Of a stretch of DNA of 48,677 nt, positions 13,538 to 27,800 are shown one piece after another (the stretch's first letter is position 1; every line of letters starts with the position of its first letter). The notes beneath the pieces were generated by a model that had not been told where the DNA came from, made no database searches, and saw only the letters and a list, made by a program, of their open reading frames with translations. The position numbers and the translations under genes are program-made. The DNA comes from Trichoplax sp. H2 (lineage: Eukaryota), in the NCBI GenBank assembly GCA_003344405.1, contig NOWV01000323.1:1-48677 (forward strand), written 5' to 3'.

Positions 13538-16500
13538 ATGTCTTTAAGAAGCCTTCGTAAAGTTACGATCGATCTCGAAGTAAGTAATGATAAAAAATGC
13601 GCGACAGAGAAGGTCACTATTTTCCTTACTGTGTTTCAAAATTCTTTTTTTCTAAGTACGTACAACGTAACAGCTAAGATCTTTCAGCATAAGCTCGATA
13701 ATAAATTACATTTCTAAACGATTAGTACTGCATGGTTATTGAGAAAACGTTACGGATTATGTTCGTTCAACATTATTCTCACGCTCGCTAAGTCTTAGAT
13801 TAAAATTATTCTTGAATCAGTGGTTTTAAATTAATGAATGCTTATATAAAGAGATTGGGGCACTAGTACAAATTAATGGACTTGCGATATACGTACGACT
13901 GCCGATACTACTTGTATGCAAAGGTAGATTTCACCAAATGCAAAGATAGTACGTGTATATTATAATTAATTAAATCACTGCTCAATTAGCTATCACCATT
14001 CCTTTTCAAAAGCAATGTTAACTAACAGATTAATAATCCAGTCCACTGAGACTACTTGTAATAAAAAGCACTAATCCAATTATGTTATCAACTGTCCTAC
14101 AGTATGTAACTTTAGACCATCCGGTAATGATCAGTTATCTACATGGAGCATAACCGAGCTCATCTTCAGAATTAATTATGTACTCAATTCAAGTAAAATG
14201 CCGACGATTGTACTCAATATATATCATAAAATGATAACATTTCATTTCAATTGACGATATCTAATTAATAGCGATGTGCAATTGCGCTTTGATATGCTAG
14301 TGTATCTGTCAACAATTTCAATAAGACGAAGTAGAAAAGCTATTGATGTCTTGTATCAAATACTGTAATACATATGTTTATATATCTACATTGTTATATT
14401 AAGGGTTACTCATCTATAGTTCGTGAATTCAACTTGAATTGAATAGCTCCGGTCTACTGCTACGTATTATAGTACATATACTCGTATATTCAGATTGAAA
14501 GATATTCTAAATAAACGCAAGTACTTGTCGTAACATGTAGCGAAAGATAGAATTTCTAGCTCATATATTAAGCTATTGTTGTTACTTACTACTACTGTAT
14601 TTGTGATTAAACTTCTTTTAACTTATAAATTATAAGCCTTAAATTAAAAGATGAATTCTAGCATGGCATTTATTAATTATGATTCTATTAAATTTCTGAT
14701 TTCAATCTTACATAGCCGATAGAAGTTATACAAGAGAAAACGCCAAAAGATGAATTTATTCTTGAAAATTTTACTCAATATTCTGAGTACGTGAGTAGAT
14801 TCACGTTTATTGGCAATTGATGAGTCTAAGCAAAAATGTTATTGACTAGTTAAGATATAAATAAATCTATGCGCATGTATATTTAAACAAATAAATATTA
14901 ACTTATTTTGTGACTGCGGCAGAACTGTTATCCTATACACATAGAACAATATCGTGCTATCGCATAAGTAAATTTAATTTTAATATCCTTTGGGTGCTAC
15001 CTCAACCATGTATACATTTCTTATCTTAGAACTCAACCCGAGTCTAGGACAGATGCCTTCGGAGAAATCACGTTTAAATTGAGTAATGGATCCAATTCTT
15101 TTTGCGAGGTAACGAAATGATCGTAAAAAATATTATTATAGAAAATATGATAAAGAGAATTCTAATAGGGCCAGAGAAAACTGAATAAACGCATTCTGCA
15201 GTTTCATCATATTTACATAAAATCTATCTTACAAAGTTACCTATTGTATTGCACCAACTAAAATTAAATTATTTCAATATTCATATTTGCTCCATCTATA
15301 CTATACCACTTTAGTACGTTAAAACTAGCGTCAACAGCAATGCCAGCGACCTAGTGGACATGCTGAAAACATTTTACTCCTCGGAATTTAAATCATCCAA
15401 TCTAATACTTTCTATAATTGGTGGCGATATTGAGCTGCAAGATTCTAGGTCAATCGTTTTATTAAGTGAAATAGCAGCATCAATCCCTCCACCTCATGTA
15501 GATGGGCTTATCGTTGTCACTAGTGGTTATTATTGCGGCTACACACAATATATTGCCAGCAAGATTAAAGAGAGATCAAAACCATTGTTAGGCAGAAAAT
15601 ATAAATTAATTGGCATGCCTACATGGGATGACCTCATCAATAAGGAAATTTTAAGCGTCGATGAAAATGAGGTAAGCTTCAATTATGTCATCAAGATAAT
15701 TGCAGCGTACCTAGCTAAGTTTATTAACCTATCGGAAGTATATCACTTCCTTGATATATTTTGCAAATGCTGCAAGTAACCAAGTAACGCTACTATGTGT
15801 TACATTTATTAGATAAAAATTAACTAATTGGTGAAAAGTCATTGATTATATTCGTGATAAATTTTTCATATACTCGTTGTAGTTTAAGTTGCGCTAGCGT
15901 ATGATATCTTTATCAGACAATGAAATCAAATAAGTGTTGGATTAGTTTCAATTACTGTCGTGAGAATGTTCTAAACCCTACGACTTACTACAACGACGCT
16001 GTTATATCATATCCATATCAGTTAAAAAAAAATATCATTTAATTGATAGATCAACAACAATTATTTTCGTAAAGAATGATCGTCTACTTTATCTTATTAA
16101 GTTATAGGATTTATTTATCAATTATAGGAATCTGCTAAATGATAAATAATCATTAATGTCTTTGTATGAAATATTCCTTATACTGCAATTTACGTTATTA
16201 TATTATCACTTCATCGGATATAGAAATCAATTAGTTGATTTATTAATATCATGTACTCCGTAATAAACCTTTGATACATTATTGCAAGTAATTTTAAAAA
16301 TTGAAGAGCTCTAGAAAACGTCTATTTACTATAAACCATACTATCGTAGTGCGTTTTTATTAATAAAAGAAAGCATTGATTTTTATTATCTTGATAAATA
16401 GTACCAAAAGTAATTTAATGCTCAATACGAGATGTAATTTAACAAATAGAAACAGTCATTAATTTTACCATTACATTTAGCGATCCATTTTTAATCAAGT

Positions 16501-19500
16501 ACTTAATAATTACTGTATCAAGATTATATTACAACTACACAAGTAGCAGATTACTAAATTTACTTTCATTGGCTGGCTAATATTGATATCAAATTTTACA
16601 TAGCAGACATCATAGTTCTAATAGCTAGAAAATAACGATGGTAATTTAACCTAGTAGGACATAAAATTATAATAATCATATGTATTTATGTAATGATTTC
16701 AGCTATCTATCAACAAGGCTGCAGTATAGTTCGGAGCATTTGTATGTTTCAAGCCTGCAAAACTATACGTTATTTTTCTTGTCGCTACTAGACTCCAGCA
16801 AAAGTAGAAGTCGATGCAGATAAGTGGGAACATATGAGCCGCGATACTGACTGCATGACTCTGGATCCTCGCCATGATTTTCATTTTTGCATTGATTGTG
16901 ATAACGAAAATGGAGATCCTTGGGAACCAATCCGATTTCGGGCTAATTTTGAAAAATATTTGGAAGAATCATATACATACCGTACGTAGAATTAATATAT
17001 TATCGTTTGCAAATGTTAACATCAAGCAAATAAGCAGAGTTATCGTTTGCTATTGTGACATCATTGATCATATTTATTTAAGTTAGATTAGGCTTGATGT
17101 AATGAGTCTATCAAGAATATCGTGTAACATTAGCTAATAAACAAGGACTCTCATTATACCGTTATATGCACAAACTTAGGAAGTGGAAAGAGCTCACAGA
17201 CAATTATATTGCCTTTGGCCCATCTCGTTGTTGGTGGCAGATATTTCCATAGAGAGCTTGAATTAATTTCGCAAGTAACACAAGGGAGAAGAAGTATTTT
17301 GGTTATATTTCAAGGCACTGGAGGGATCGCTGATCTACTCGCCGAAGCAATAACTTTATATGAGTATGTTACTAGTAGATATGCTATTAAAAGTAACTAT
17401 TAAACTGATATCATAAAACGATCGGCCTTCTCATCTACAATTAGTGCTGGAGATCGACAACTCAACAAGCTAAGGAATAAGATGCGCATAGAAGACATTA
17501 CAATTTCTCTCTTGCTGAAGTGTGTACGGCAATGTAATGAAAGACAAGTAATTGTAAGTACTCAAGATTATTCATTAGTAATGTCAGTCATTTCGGAATA
17601 AGGACCAAGAAAAAACCTCATAGATCAATTAGAACATATGAAATAAAAACAAATATGTAATGACATGATATGAAGTAGTAGATACATATGTGCTTACTGT
17701 GGCGCAATTTCACTCATTCTGCTTGCGATAATTTTAGATCAAAATATGCGATGCAAGTTCTATGCAGCAGAAGGGAGACGAAGCTATGGAATTTATTCTG
17801 AGTTGTAAGTGCTACGTATGAGTTAACCAGCTTTCTTTACACCGATGTCGGCTAAGTTTTGATATTTAGTAACTGAACATGATTATAAAACCTAGTAGAA
17901 AAGTTCTCAGCATTTACTCAATTAATCGTAAAAGGTGTTATTATTTTTATGCAGACAAACGAGAGAGGCATGCAACAGGTGTACCTGAAGTCAAACTAGG
18001 TGTATTCAATAAATTAAGAGAACTTAAACGGGCTATTTCTAACGGTGATGCTAGAGTAATTTCATCAATGATCGAAATTGGTATGGTTTCCGTTGAATGC
18101 GTTCTGGATAATATATTTGAATTTTATAAATCCGGATTTATCGATCCGTCGTTAATTGAATTATTACTGGGGAAATATCGTTCTCAAGCAAGTAAATGCA
18201 TGGCAACAGGAAAATTAGTCAAGCTGCAAATAAGTGCATGGAACGATTTCACGGATGAAGGATTTAGACCATGCTATAAAGAAATTGCTAACATTACGGT
18301 CATGTCAGAATTGAACTATGCGTATACTAACAATGAACCTTTTAAACATATTTTTCTTTGGTCATGCTTTCGTATGGACGAAAAGTGTAGTTCTGCATTC
18401 ATGGCTAATTTAAAATACCCAGTCATGGCCGGATTCTTTGCCTATAGATTATGGACAATTTATATCCACCAACAACAAAAACGTAATAAAAGGCTTGTCG
18501 ATCTTGATACGTGGAAAGATTATGCAAAGTAAAAATTATACGAAAGAATCCTTCTAAATGGTATCAATATAAGCTGAAAATACCGTATTGATTAACTGTT
18601 TTTCTGTCTGTGTTATGCTTACTTTCCATAGAAAATTCTTAACAATATCCGTTGAAACATTGGATATTTGTCAAAGACATTTATCTGAAGATGAAATGCA
18701 GAGTCTTCTCAATCAGCCACTTAAAGGATGGAATGATTTGTCTGTGATGTCCGTACTATGCAAACCGTGTATATTTCAAAATACACCCGATCCAAACGAT
18801 CCAATCTTGGATGTTGCTACTCATGAGTGGTATAGCAACGCTCTGGACCACTACTGGAATTATGGCGTAAGAAACTATCACTATTAGATATTGTTTTAGC
18901 ATCTCTGACAAAAATATATTACTTATATAGTATGCAGCAGACTGTATTGCATACTCGTACAATCGTCAGCGTTATTATCTCGATGTCGTATCTTACAATT
19001 GAAAACTGTCAATTATGTAAACTATGCGATTGATTAATTATGAGTTTGTTAAATGGTATTATAAAAGATTTTCATAATAACTGCAGAATCGGATCATCTT
19101 AACTAACAGAAACATAAAAGGGATTAATTAAAGGTGCAACATCATACCTCACATCATACAAGAGATGACTTTACTTATTTAAGCGCTAACATAATTTGAA
19201 TAATACCTCAAATCCTAGTGAGAACAGAATCTATCCTTACCGTTTTACAAAGCAAATGCTTAATAGATAACTATATGGAAATTATGCGGTAATTATCTCA
19301 TTAACTTTACGTTGTTCTATAATACAAACCGTGGCATCGCTGATTACGCGTCTTAAACTGTAATTAAACCCTTTACTGAGTAAGGACTTAAAAAGATTCT
19401 CGGTGTATCTATAGAATGAACAGTTTTTGGTGATATTTCTTCCTCAAGTTTACAGCATTATTTTATAAATCACGATATTATCAATCTTGTTCTTTTATGC

Positions 19501-22500
19501 TTAGATTTTAAGCCTTACCGCTTTCACACTTAAAAAGTTAGATGTTTGCTAGGCCAGAAACGGATTTTGTAGCATATAGATATTTAAGTTACGATATTTA
19601 TTAATAGTAAGTATACAATATGGCTAAAAGCTACTATTTTGAGTATTTATTCTTGGTTCGATTTCTGTAGTGATTTACCAGTCTCAATATTGCTAATTAT
19701 ATACTTTTGACGTACAGTTTAGTCTTAACTATATTTGAAATTGGAAAAAACCCTGACGCGACTAGAGAATGAGCTATTTTATCTATATACATTACATAAA
19801 ATCAAGATACGTACATTAAACTGCAGAAATATATTGCTAAAAATTGTAGAATTTACGGACAATTTTTATTAGTTACTCAACTAATTTGACGTACTGAATG
19901 CAATTGCAATCTTTAACACGATATTTAAAGCACTTACCGGCATGTTATTAGATTTGACCAGAATATACGTAAAGCAAGGAAGATGATAGATTGAAATATG
20001 GACTTGTAATGTACATAACAATTTCTACTTATCTTTAGGTACCAATCAGGGCTTTATTTCGACCAAGTAGATTAAAGAAACAAGGCGTTGAAAGTTCCGT
20101 TAGATTTTACCTGTATTTATTCAAGCTGCTTCTTAGCTCACCTAGAATAAAGTTCTACCTTAACTTTGTAAGCAGTAAGCAAACTATATAACGTTTAAAA
20201 TTTCATACTAGTTATATTACGATGTAAATTCTATTTATTGGCATGGTTCAATTTATTAATCGGCAATATAATTATTATAATTTTAAATTAAATTATTAAA
20301 GAGAAATTAATTTCTCTCAAGTTAAATCTTATAGTATCACACTCTTATAAAATACTTGCATTGCTGTAATTTATTGATTGGACACCTAACCGAACAATTT
20401 TAAAATAATCAGTCCCTATTTGTTTCGGAAATTAATCCCTTTTAATTTTCTTTTTCAGATATCGTATTTTAGTTTTCTTTTCTTGTACAGTTATTTCATC
20501 ATTTTGGAGTTTCAAGGCATCGGATATAATTCAACTGTTGGTAATCATACTATAGGGCACAACAATACGAATCAACGGTCATTAGTGTCTCATTTAGATA
20601 GCAGACCACTGGAAGTGACTTTGTTAGTCTGGATAATTCTCTTGACTTTGGAGGAATTTCGTCAGGTTTACCACTATGATAACAGACTTTAGTTATACGG
20701 TGTATGAAAAATTTGAATTTACTTAGCAACTTACCTGCATGGCTACTTCAGCATTTTATATCTGTATATATTATAGTTAATCAGTATCATGGTAAAAACA
20801 TAAAATTTTAAGATGTAGATAAGTATGTGCAGATATTAATCACGAACTTGCATCTTAAGGTGTTACAGCTACCTGCAGAAAAGTATAGAGATAAGTTCAA
20901 AAACTGGGCTTCGGATATTTGGAATCAATTGGATTTTGCCGGATTTTGTATGTTTTTCGTAGCATGTGCTTTACATACAGCTGGTATTAATGGAAGTGAT
21001 GATGTTTTGATAAGCACGGCAAGAATATTATACTGCATGGACTTTCTGGTGTTGTGCCCGCGTAGTTTGCAGGTATTGTCGGTTTTACCCAACCAAGGAC
21101 CGAAATTGGTTATGATCTTTAAATTGGTAAATACCACTTATAAAAAATGCACGTTATATCAATAAATCAAAATTTATCAATTTAGATAGCGCAAGATACG
21201 TGTACCTATAATACGATATACTCTTCATTTGTGTTGATCAGCTGCTTGATATAAGTATCGATTATAGTGTATACTTTTATAACGATATAATGCGGCTGAT
21301 ATCTTCTGCTTTGCATATTTGTAATAGCTTGGTGATATGGTTTCATTCTTGTTCATACTGTTTGTCATGCTTATTGCATTTGGCGTGACAACACAAGCTC
21401 TACTGCAACCGGAAGTTTCACCCGATAATGTCAATTACATCCGAGATATATTCTACATAACCTTTTATCGTCTAGCTGGTGAAGTAGCACAAGAACAAGG
21501 AAGTAATGCAATCATAATCACAATTGGCGCTCATACTGTAGTCATTATCGATAGATTATTGTACATTTTACTGTACTAATTATATTGTAATATATGGTAT
21601 TGGCAATAGAAAATAAAGTATCATATTCGTATGTATTAATAATTAGATTTCAAGTGCGCCCGAGAAGGTACACCCCTAGGTGACGATTGTTGGGCTAGAA
21701 AGGTTTTGGTTAACATTTTAATGGTCGTATACATTTTGATTACCGTCATCCTTCTTCTTAATCTCTTAATTGCTATACTGAGGTACGTAAATATTTAGTC
21801 TTTGTATCAATAAAGTTTACCATGTAGCATTATCATTTGATAGTTGCTTAATTCATGGAATTTACCCGCTAAATTAATCAATTAATCATATTAATAAAAG
21901 TTTTAAAACTAATTTAACTCTGCAGCAAGAGCTACGATCGGTTAGATGAAGAAAGTATATTTTTGTGGAGAAGACAATATAACGATATCGTGGCTGAATA
22001 TCTAACTAAGCCGATACTTGTACCGCCACTCAATATAATTTGGCTGATATTTGAGACCTTTAAGGTAGCTATACGACTGATGTCTGGAAAAACCGCCTTT
22101 AAACCAATCGACTTAGCATATATCACCAACGAAATCGGTACTGGTGTCGGTAGGTATTCTGTCTGTCCTATATATAATTAGATAGAGGAACGTTGATGTT
22201 AGTATCTAGGTAGAGTAAATATAATTAGCAATAGATAGTGCTTTACTATTAAATGTCTGCATCAAATTTTGTATTTCATTAGTATTTTTTCCCATTTATT
22301 TATTAATTTACTTAGAATTGAATTGGAAAGATGTATCTACTGAAAGGTGCAATAAAGTTACTCAATGCTTGTTGACTGCTAATAGGAAATCGCAATCAGA
22401 GTGAGATTACAGAATTTTATTTCTCATTTTTACGATAATGTCATCTTTAGTTTAAATTATTTTATGTCATTGTGTTATTGAAAAGCAATCTTTATTATAA

Positions 22501-22891
22501 TAAAAATCTCTTCATTTTTAATTTTAGCCTAGACATTACGGAACGTATGGATTTATTGCAGCAAAGTATGGATGCTACACACATTCATATGGAATCTAAA
22601 ATATCAGTTAATGCAAACGAGATTGAAATGACTCGATCTAGAATAAATGATCAGATACTAGCTGTTGAAAATTCTGTCATCAGTGAGATGCAAAAGCAAA
22701 ATTTAGATGTGTGTGTGTTATTAAAGCAATTATATTATCAACTGAAATCGAAAAGGATGCAGCTATTATCGAATCAGGAAGGGTCCGGCGAAATTGAAGA
22801 AAGAAATAGCTTGGAATTTAATGAAGATGAACTATTTCAACAACTAGGTGACGTCATGGATCGTAGGAAAAGAAAAACAACCCATATTTAA
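13538..22891 (+). CDS. TRPM (melastatin)-like cation channel, copy A (~1164 aa, 18 exons)
   Basis: Exons: 13538-13579, 14716-14786, 15030-15108, 15315-15671, 16792-16981, 17180-17363, 17445-17553, 17738-17804, 17955-18528, 18632-18866, 20039-20167, 20459-20665, 20860-21126, 21328-21502, 21647-21782, 21926-22149, 22316-22400, 22528-22891, all phase-consistent. TRPM hallmarks: TDAFGEITF, LILSIIGG, LDPRHDFHFCID, GTGGIADLLA, SPRIKF, LEEFRQ, DIWNQLD, GPKLVMI, S6 LLLNLLIAIL, TRP box WRRQY, PILVPPL and a terminal coiled-coil-like segment. Confidence 0.9.
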
Positions 22892-24837
22892 TAGTTAATA
22901 TTTTAAGCTATGGGTAAAGTATGAAATGCTCACATTATTTTAAATTAAAATAGTTGCAAGTGCTAATTAATAATTTTAATTTGTTGCAATATCGAAATTT
23001 TGAAGTATAATAATTTTATATAGTGCAAATATTATATTTTATGCGAAAGAATATAATTCATAAGGCATTACGATAAAAAGACACTAAAAAGCAGTCATCA
23101 TATATTATAAATTATTTAATCAAAATTGCCTATTGCCAAGATTTTGAAAAACTGAGCAGTTTTTATAATATCAAATTAGCAATATAAAATGCAATGTGTA
23201 TCGCCACTTGAATATTCTTTATTATTTATCGACAAACGTTATGTCTGATTGCTTATATGCCAATATCGCAGGCAATGCTGTTTTTAAAGTAGACTCTTTT
23301 GTAACCTAGTGAGTTTTTAAAGTTTGTTATAGTCTGATATTTAATTAATAAATATTTTCAGAATGGCTGAAATTGCTTTATTATAGATTGTTGGTACTGA
23401 CTTTAATCTTATCGTTAATTGGCAATAAAGTATAAAATAAAGTATAGTCATAGATAGTCTATAGTAATAGTAAGTCTATTTCGCTACTCTGTTAATATTT
23501 TCGGTATAAGTTTGCTAAGGATTATTGTAAAATGAAATTTCGACACTAAGCAGTCTGACTGTAATAACAGTAAATATGCGTGCATATTTTAGTTTAGCTT
23601 TATGATGACTTTATATTGTTGTTTAGTTTCTATTTCTTAAAAGCGAGCTTAGGATTAATATATTATAGTTTCAGATTTATTTGTTCATCTATAAAGGTAA
23701 TAGAATATCTATCTTTAGATAATGTAATAATTTTATATATTTTACCATTTTGTTAATATTTCTCGGGAGAGGAAGGCTACGCTATGTAGTATCAGTTTAA
23801 CTTCAACTGATTAGTCTAATAATGATTATAAAATACTAATCTATAGTGATATTAGCTAATTACAGTAGTATAATATTTTAAAAGTGCAATTCATTGGTAT
23901 GGTATAAAATCTTAAATCAGTTTTAACGAACCTACAAATAAATACAGTAATAAATTTATTATATCATTATATTAATATACTTTTCGGGAAGACACACTTA
24001 ATTCTCTCCATAAGAATTTTGAAAAATTTATCTTATTTACATACTTTTTCCTTTCCTTGAAATAGGCGGGTTATCATTTCTAGTATGCAGTATATAAGAA
24101 TAAGTATAGATACTACCATGTAAACGATGTGCTCAAATTTTGTTAAAAGTTATAAATAATTTATCCGGAATAAGTAGAATAGCTGGAATATCGATGACAT
24201 TTAATATACTTTCGGAGCTAATAACTACTAATACTTTAGTATTAGTATAGCAATAGAAAGCGTACAGAAACTTCAATAGCTTGGCTTAATCCGTTGCGTC
24301 TGACTGTTAGAATACCGATTTTACATTACGGTTCTGAAAGTCGATGGTAATGTTAACTATATTTTTATCATAATCTTTGCTAAAATTTATAGAGACGTAA
24401 AAATCTCTATAATCTACCTGCTCAATTCAATTTCTTACCCTTAATTAGACTCCATTTTGCAGTAGTAACCAATCTTGTGCTATTTTACCAATTGCTCATC
24501 ATGGATGACCTCCTAAGGAGCAAGACGACATATGGCTTAAAATTATACGATCGAATATCAATACCTGTATCTAATGAAATCTGCTCTTACAATACATGAT
24601 TAATTGTCGACCATATGATATAATCATCGTTATGATCGTAGATTCTATTAGGTCGAACTTCATGGACTTCTGTGTCGACTTAAATTTTGTTAGCTACTAG
24701 CATCTGGAATTTAAAGATTGCCGATATATATTTTTAGATCCTTTAACTAGCTTATACAAAGCTCTCGGCGGCAATGTTTTGAAATTATAGGCTTGCCTAT
24801 TACAGTTGGAAATATTCTACTCCAAAAATCAATTAAA

Positions 24838-27800
24838 ATGTTACGAAGAGGTAAAAGTATTACAATACATGCTGAGGTAAGTAATAGCACTAATCTACTT
24901 TCTAGCTAGAATTGTCATAAAAAAATTCGATTTTTGATTGATGATGAAAGTCATCTTGTTTTATCGATCACATAAGCTTAAAGCGATATTATCAAATCGG
25001 CTGAAAAACTTATTCTACTACTGTACGATGGCAGATAAAAGTTTGGGACCAATTTAAAGGATAAGCGCAGAATACGACTATCTAATATCCTATATTTGCT
25101 TATTTCATCACTATAAAATTATAAAGGCCTAAATCTTATTTATTCGATACATTTGTCAGTTTTTGAGCAATTTTAATTTGCTTCTGACCGTAAAGTTCGA
25201 ATTAGATTGATACCGGTAGTAACTAATTAAACGTATTTATATTGGCGGTGATAACTCATTCACCCATCCGGCAGTTGTAATGCATTTCGCTGTTTTGATA
25301 TAAAGCCAATGCAATGAATGTTTTCTCCTAGTTTACTAATTAATTGTACCGAAAATAACGAACTTGGGATAAGATTTAGTTCTGTTACAATATAAGAAGT
25401 TGCCTAGTATGATCGAAGCTGTAGTTCTCTTAATTAATTCAAGCAGTAGCTATTTGCTTCTTCTAAGCTAATGTCTAGATGCAAACGTGAGCAAAAATTG
25501 CATATGGTTTGGCATATAAAACTATGTGAATCTAGAATTAAATATAATTAGAGATTACATGAATTCATCTAGTCCAAGCGATTAGAGATTATTAGCACAT
25601 TCAGAAACGAGAACTGGGTCTCCATAATTGCCTGTAACGAACGTACTGTACATGAATAATTTTAAATTTACTATTCACTCATTACACTTGCACTCGTATC
25701 ATATCTTATTTCATTCTTGCTTCTCAACTGTTCTAACCACAAAATAATAATAATAACATTTAGGAGTTCAGACAGTTTTGATATACAAGATATTAAGAAT
25801 ATAATATTACGTGTTTTAAAAATTCAATCAAAATTGGATGCATATTTATAGTCAAAATAGGGATCTGAGGTATTTAATTATTATTTTCGATTTCTTTTCG
25901 TGTGACACTATAAATTAAATAGTATTTGATAATTGGACGATATAAGACCAATACATCCTTAGAATAAGTATTTACTCATAAAAGTGATCTAAGATAATTT
26001 TAAGGAGGACATAAGTGCTTCAATAGCTATAATTGCATTACTACTCTTTCTAAATCCACAACTAAAGTGGGTAGTTATTATACAACATGCTATTATATAT
26101 AATTAAGGTCATGGCACTGCATTTCTAAAATTCATTTCACCGGTGTTATAGACTTTATATATAGGTTACACTGAACATTTACAGCTTGAAATGATAGAAG
26201 TATAATAATTTTATATAACTTTCGGAAAAAGCTGTAAATGTTTGCTTATCAACATCTAGCAGACAATGATTGAATATCATTGGCAATGATAAATTATCAA
26301 CTTACTAAATGATGAGATCGTAGTCACAATATTTGCGGCGCGTTAAATTTCAATATTTATTTACGTTGCGTATCTGGAATAATTTTTCCTTGCATATTGA
26401 TGGCTTGCTACTTTTTATGATACAACACCATCAATTGCTTCGCAGTCATTTATTTCGCAGCCGCCTTGAACAAACTAAAATTTTGATTTAATTAGAAGTA
26501 CAATAAGAAATATTTTAAATTTCGATGGAAGCTAGATTTTAATGGATAATTTTTATGTTTTCCAATTTCATAAGCCATGGCAAGAGAATCAATTTCAAGA
26601 AAGAAACGATTCAGAAATCAATTTTATTACGAAACACTTTACGAGATATAAATCGTAAGCAAGACATTATTTCTCGTATTTTGTTCTTTATTACTATACT
26701 GATTTTGAAAATGTAATTCAAATACAAAGCTATAATCGTCATGGTCAGTCATAAATAGTAAGAAAAAACTTGCATAAATCAGTAAAAGTAGTTAGATGGG
26801 CATTGCTGTCGAGTGAAACTTAGATTTTCTTTTTTCTGTCTTAAATTCTGTAAAGCTAAATAAAATGTTCAGAAAGTATGATAGTAAATGTAAAATTGTA
26901 AAACAAATAATATGAAGTAGAACGAAATAATCATTTGTTTTATTTGTATAAGTAGAGCTCTACTCTCATTGTCGCTCTTATCCCATTAACCTAAATTCTA
27001 TCTTATTCATCCGGATTAGCAAAGTAAAAATGTTAATACCATAGTCATCGTCCAAATCCGTAGTTGAGCATTGCAGTACTGAGCGACCGGTGAATACTCT
27101 CATCTCCCTTTATCCTACTAGTTCGGTACTACAATTATCAAAAATTAGTTCACAAATAGCATGAAAAATCGCATATTACATCTATAAAGTAAAGTTATGA
27201 CTATATACTAGTTCCTTTCTAGAATCTACGGCATTTGTTTGAAAGCTAACCACTCTGTCTATAATTATAATAAATACCGAAAAATATTTACTATATCTTC
27301 CTAAAAGACGAGTTCTAGTTATATTTTGTTATCAGCTAGTTAATTCAAAATTTATTTGCATAGTTAAAATAATTAAAAATAGTGATTGGCATAATCAGCA
27401 ATTATGAACCTGAAATAATTTTTATGCCTATATCTGTAACGGCAAATCTTGCTAGTACTTTTTTTGTATTTAACGGATCAAAGCTTGGATATATTTCTAT
27501 TTATATAGTTAAAGGAGCAAGAAAAATGGTCTCACGCACTGATATCAGTATGTTGATTTTCTTTCTCGTAGCGAAGGACCAGAGCCATCTACAGATGCAT
27601 TTGGGCATATTTTATATCGATTACGAAATGCCGAAGGGATAACTAGCGAGGTAAAATTTTAATTGTGTGTTGGGGGTTATCAGTTGAAATGCACTAACTA
27701 TAATATTAATGACAATTTTCCGTTCCATCATGTTGTATAAGATTGAATAATATCAAGGATAATCTCAAATATTACGCGTAATTTTTCAAGAAATAAATGT

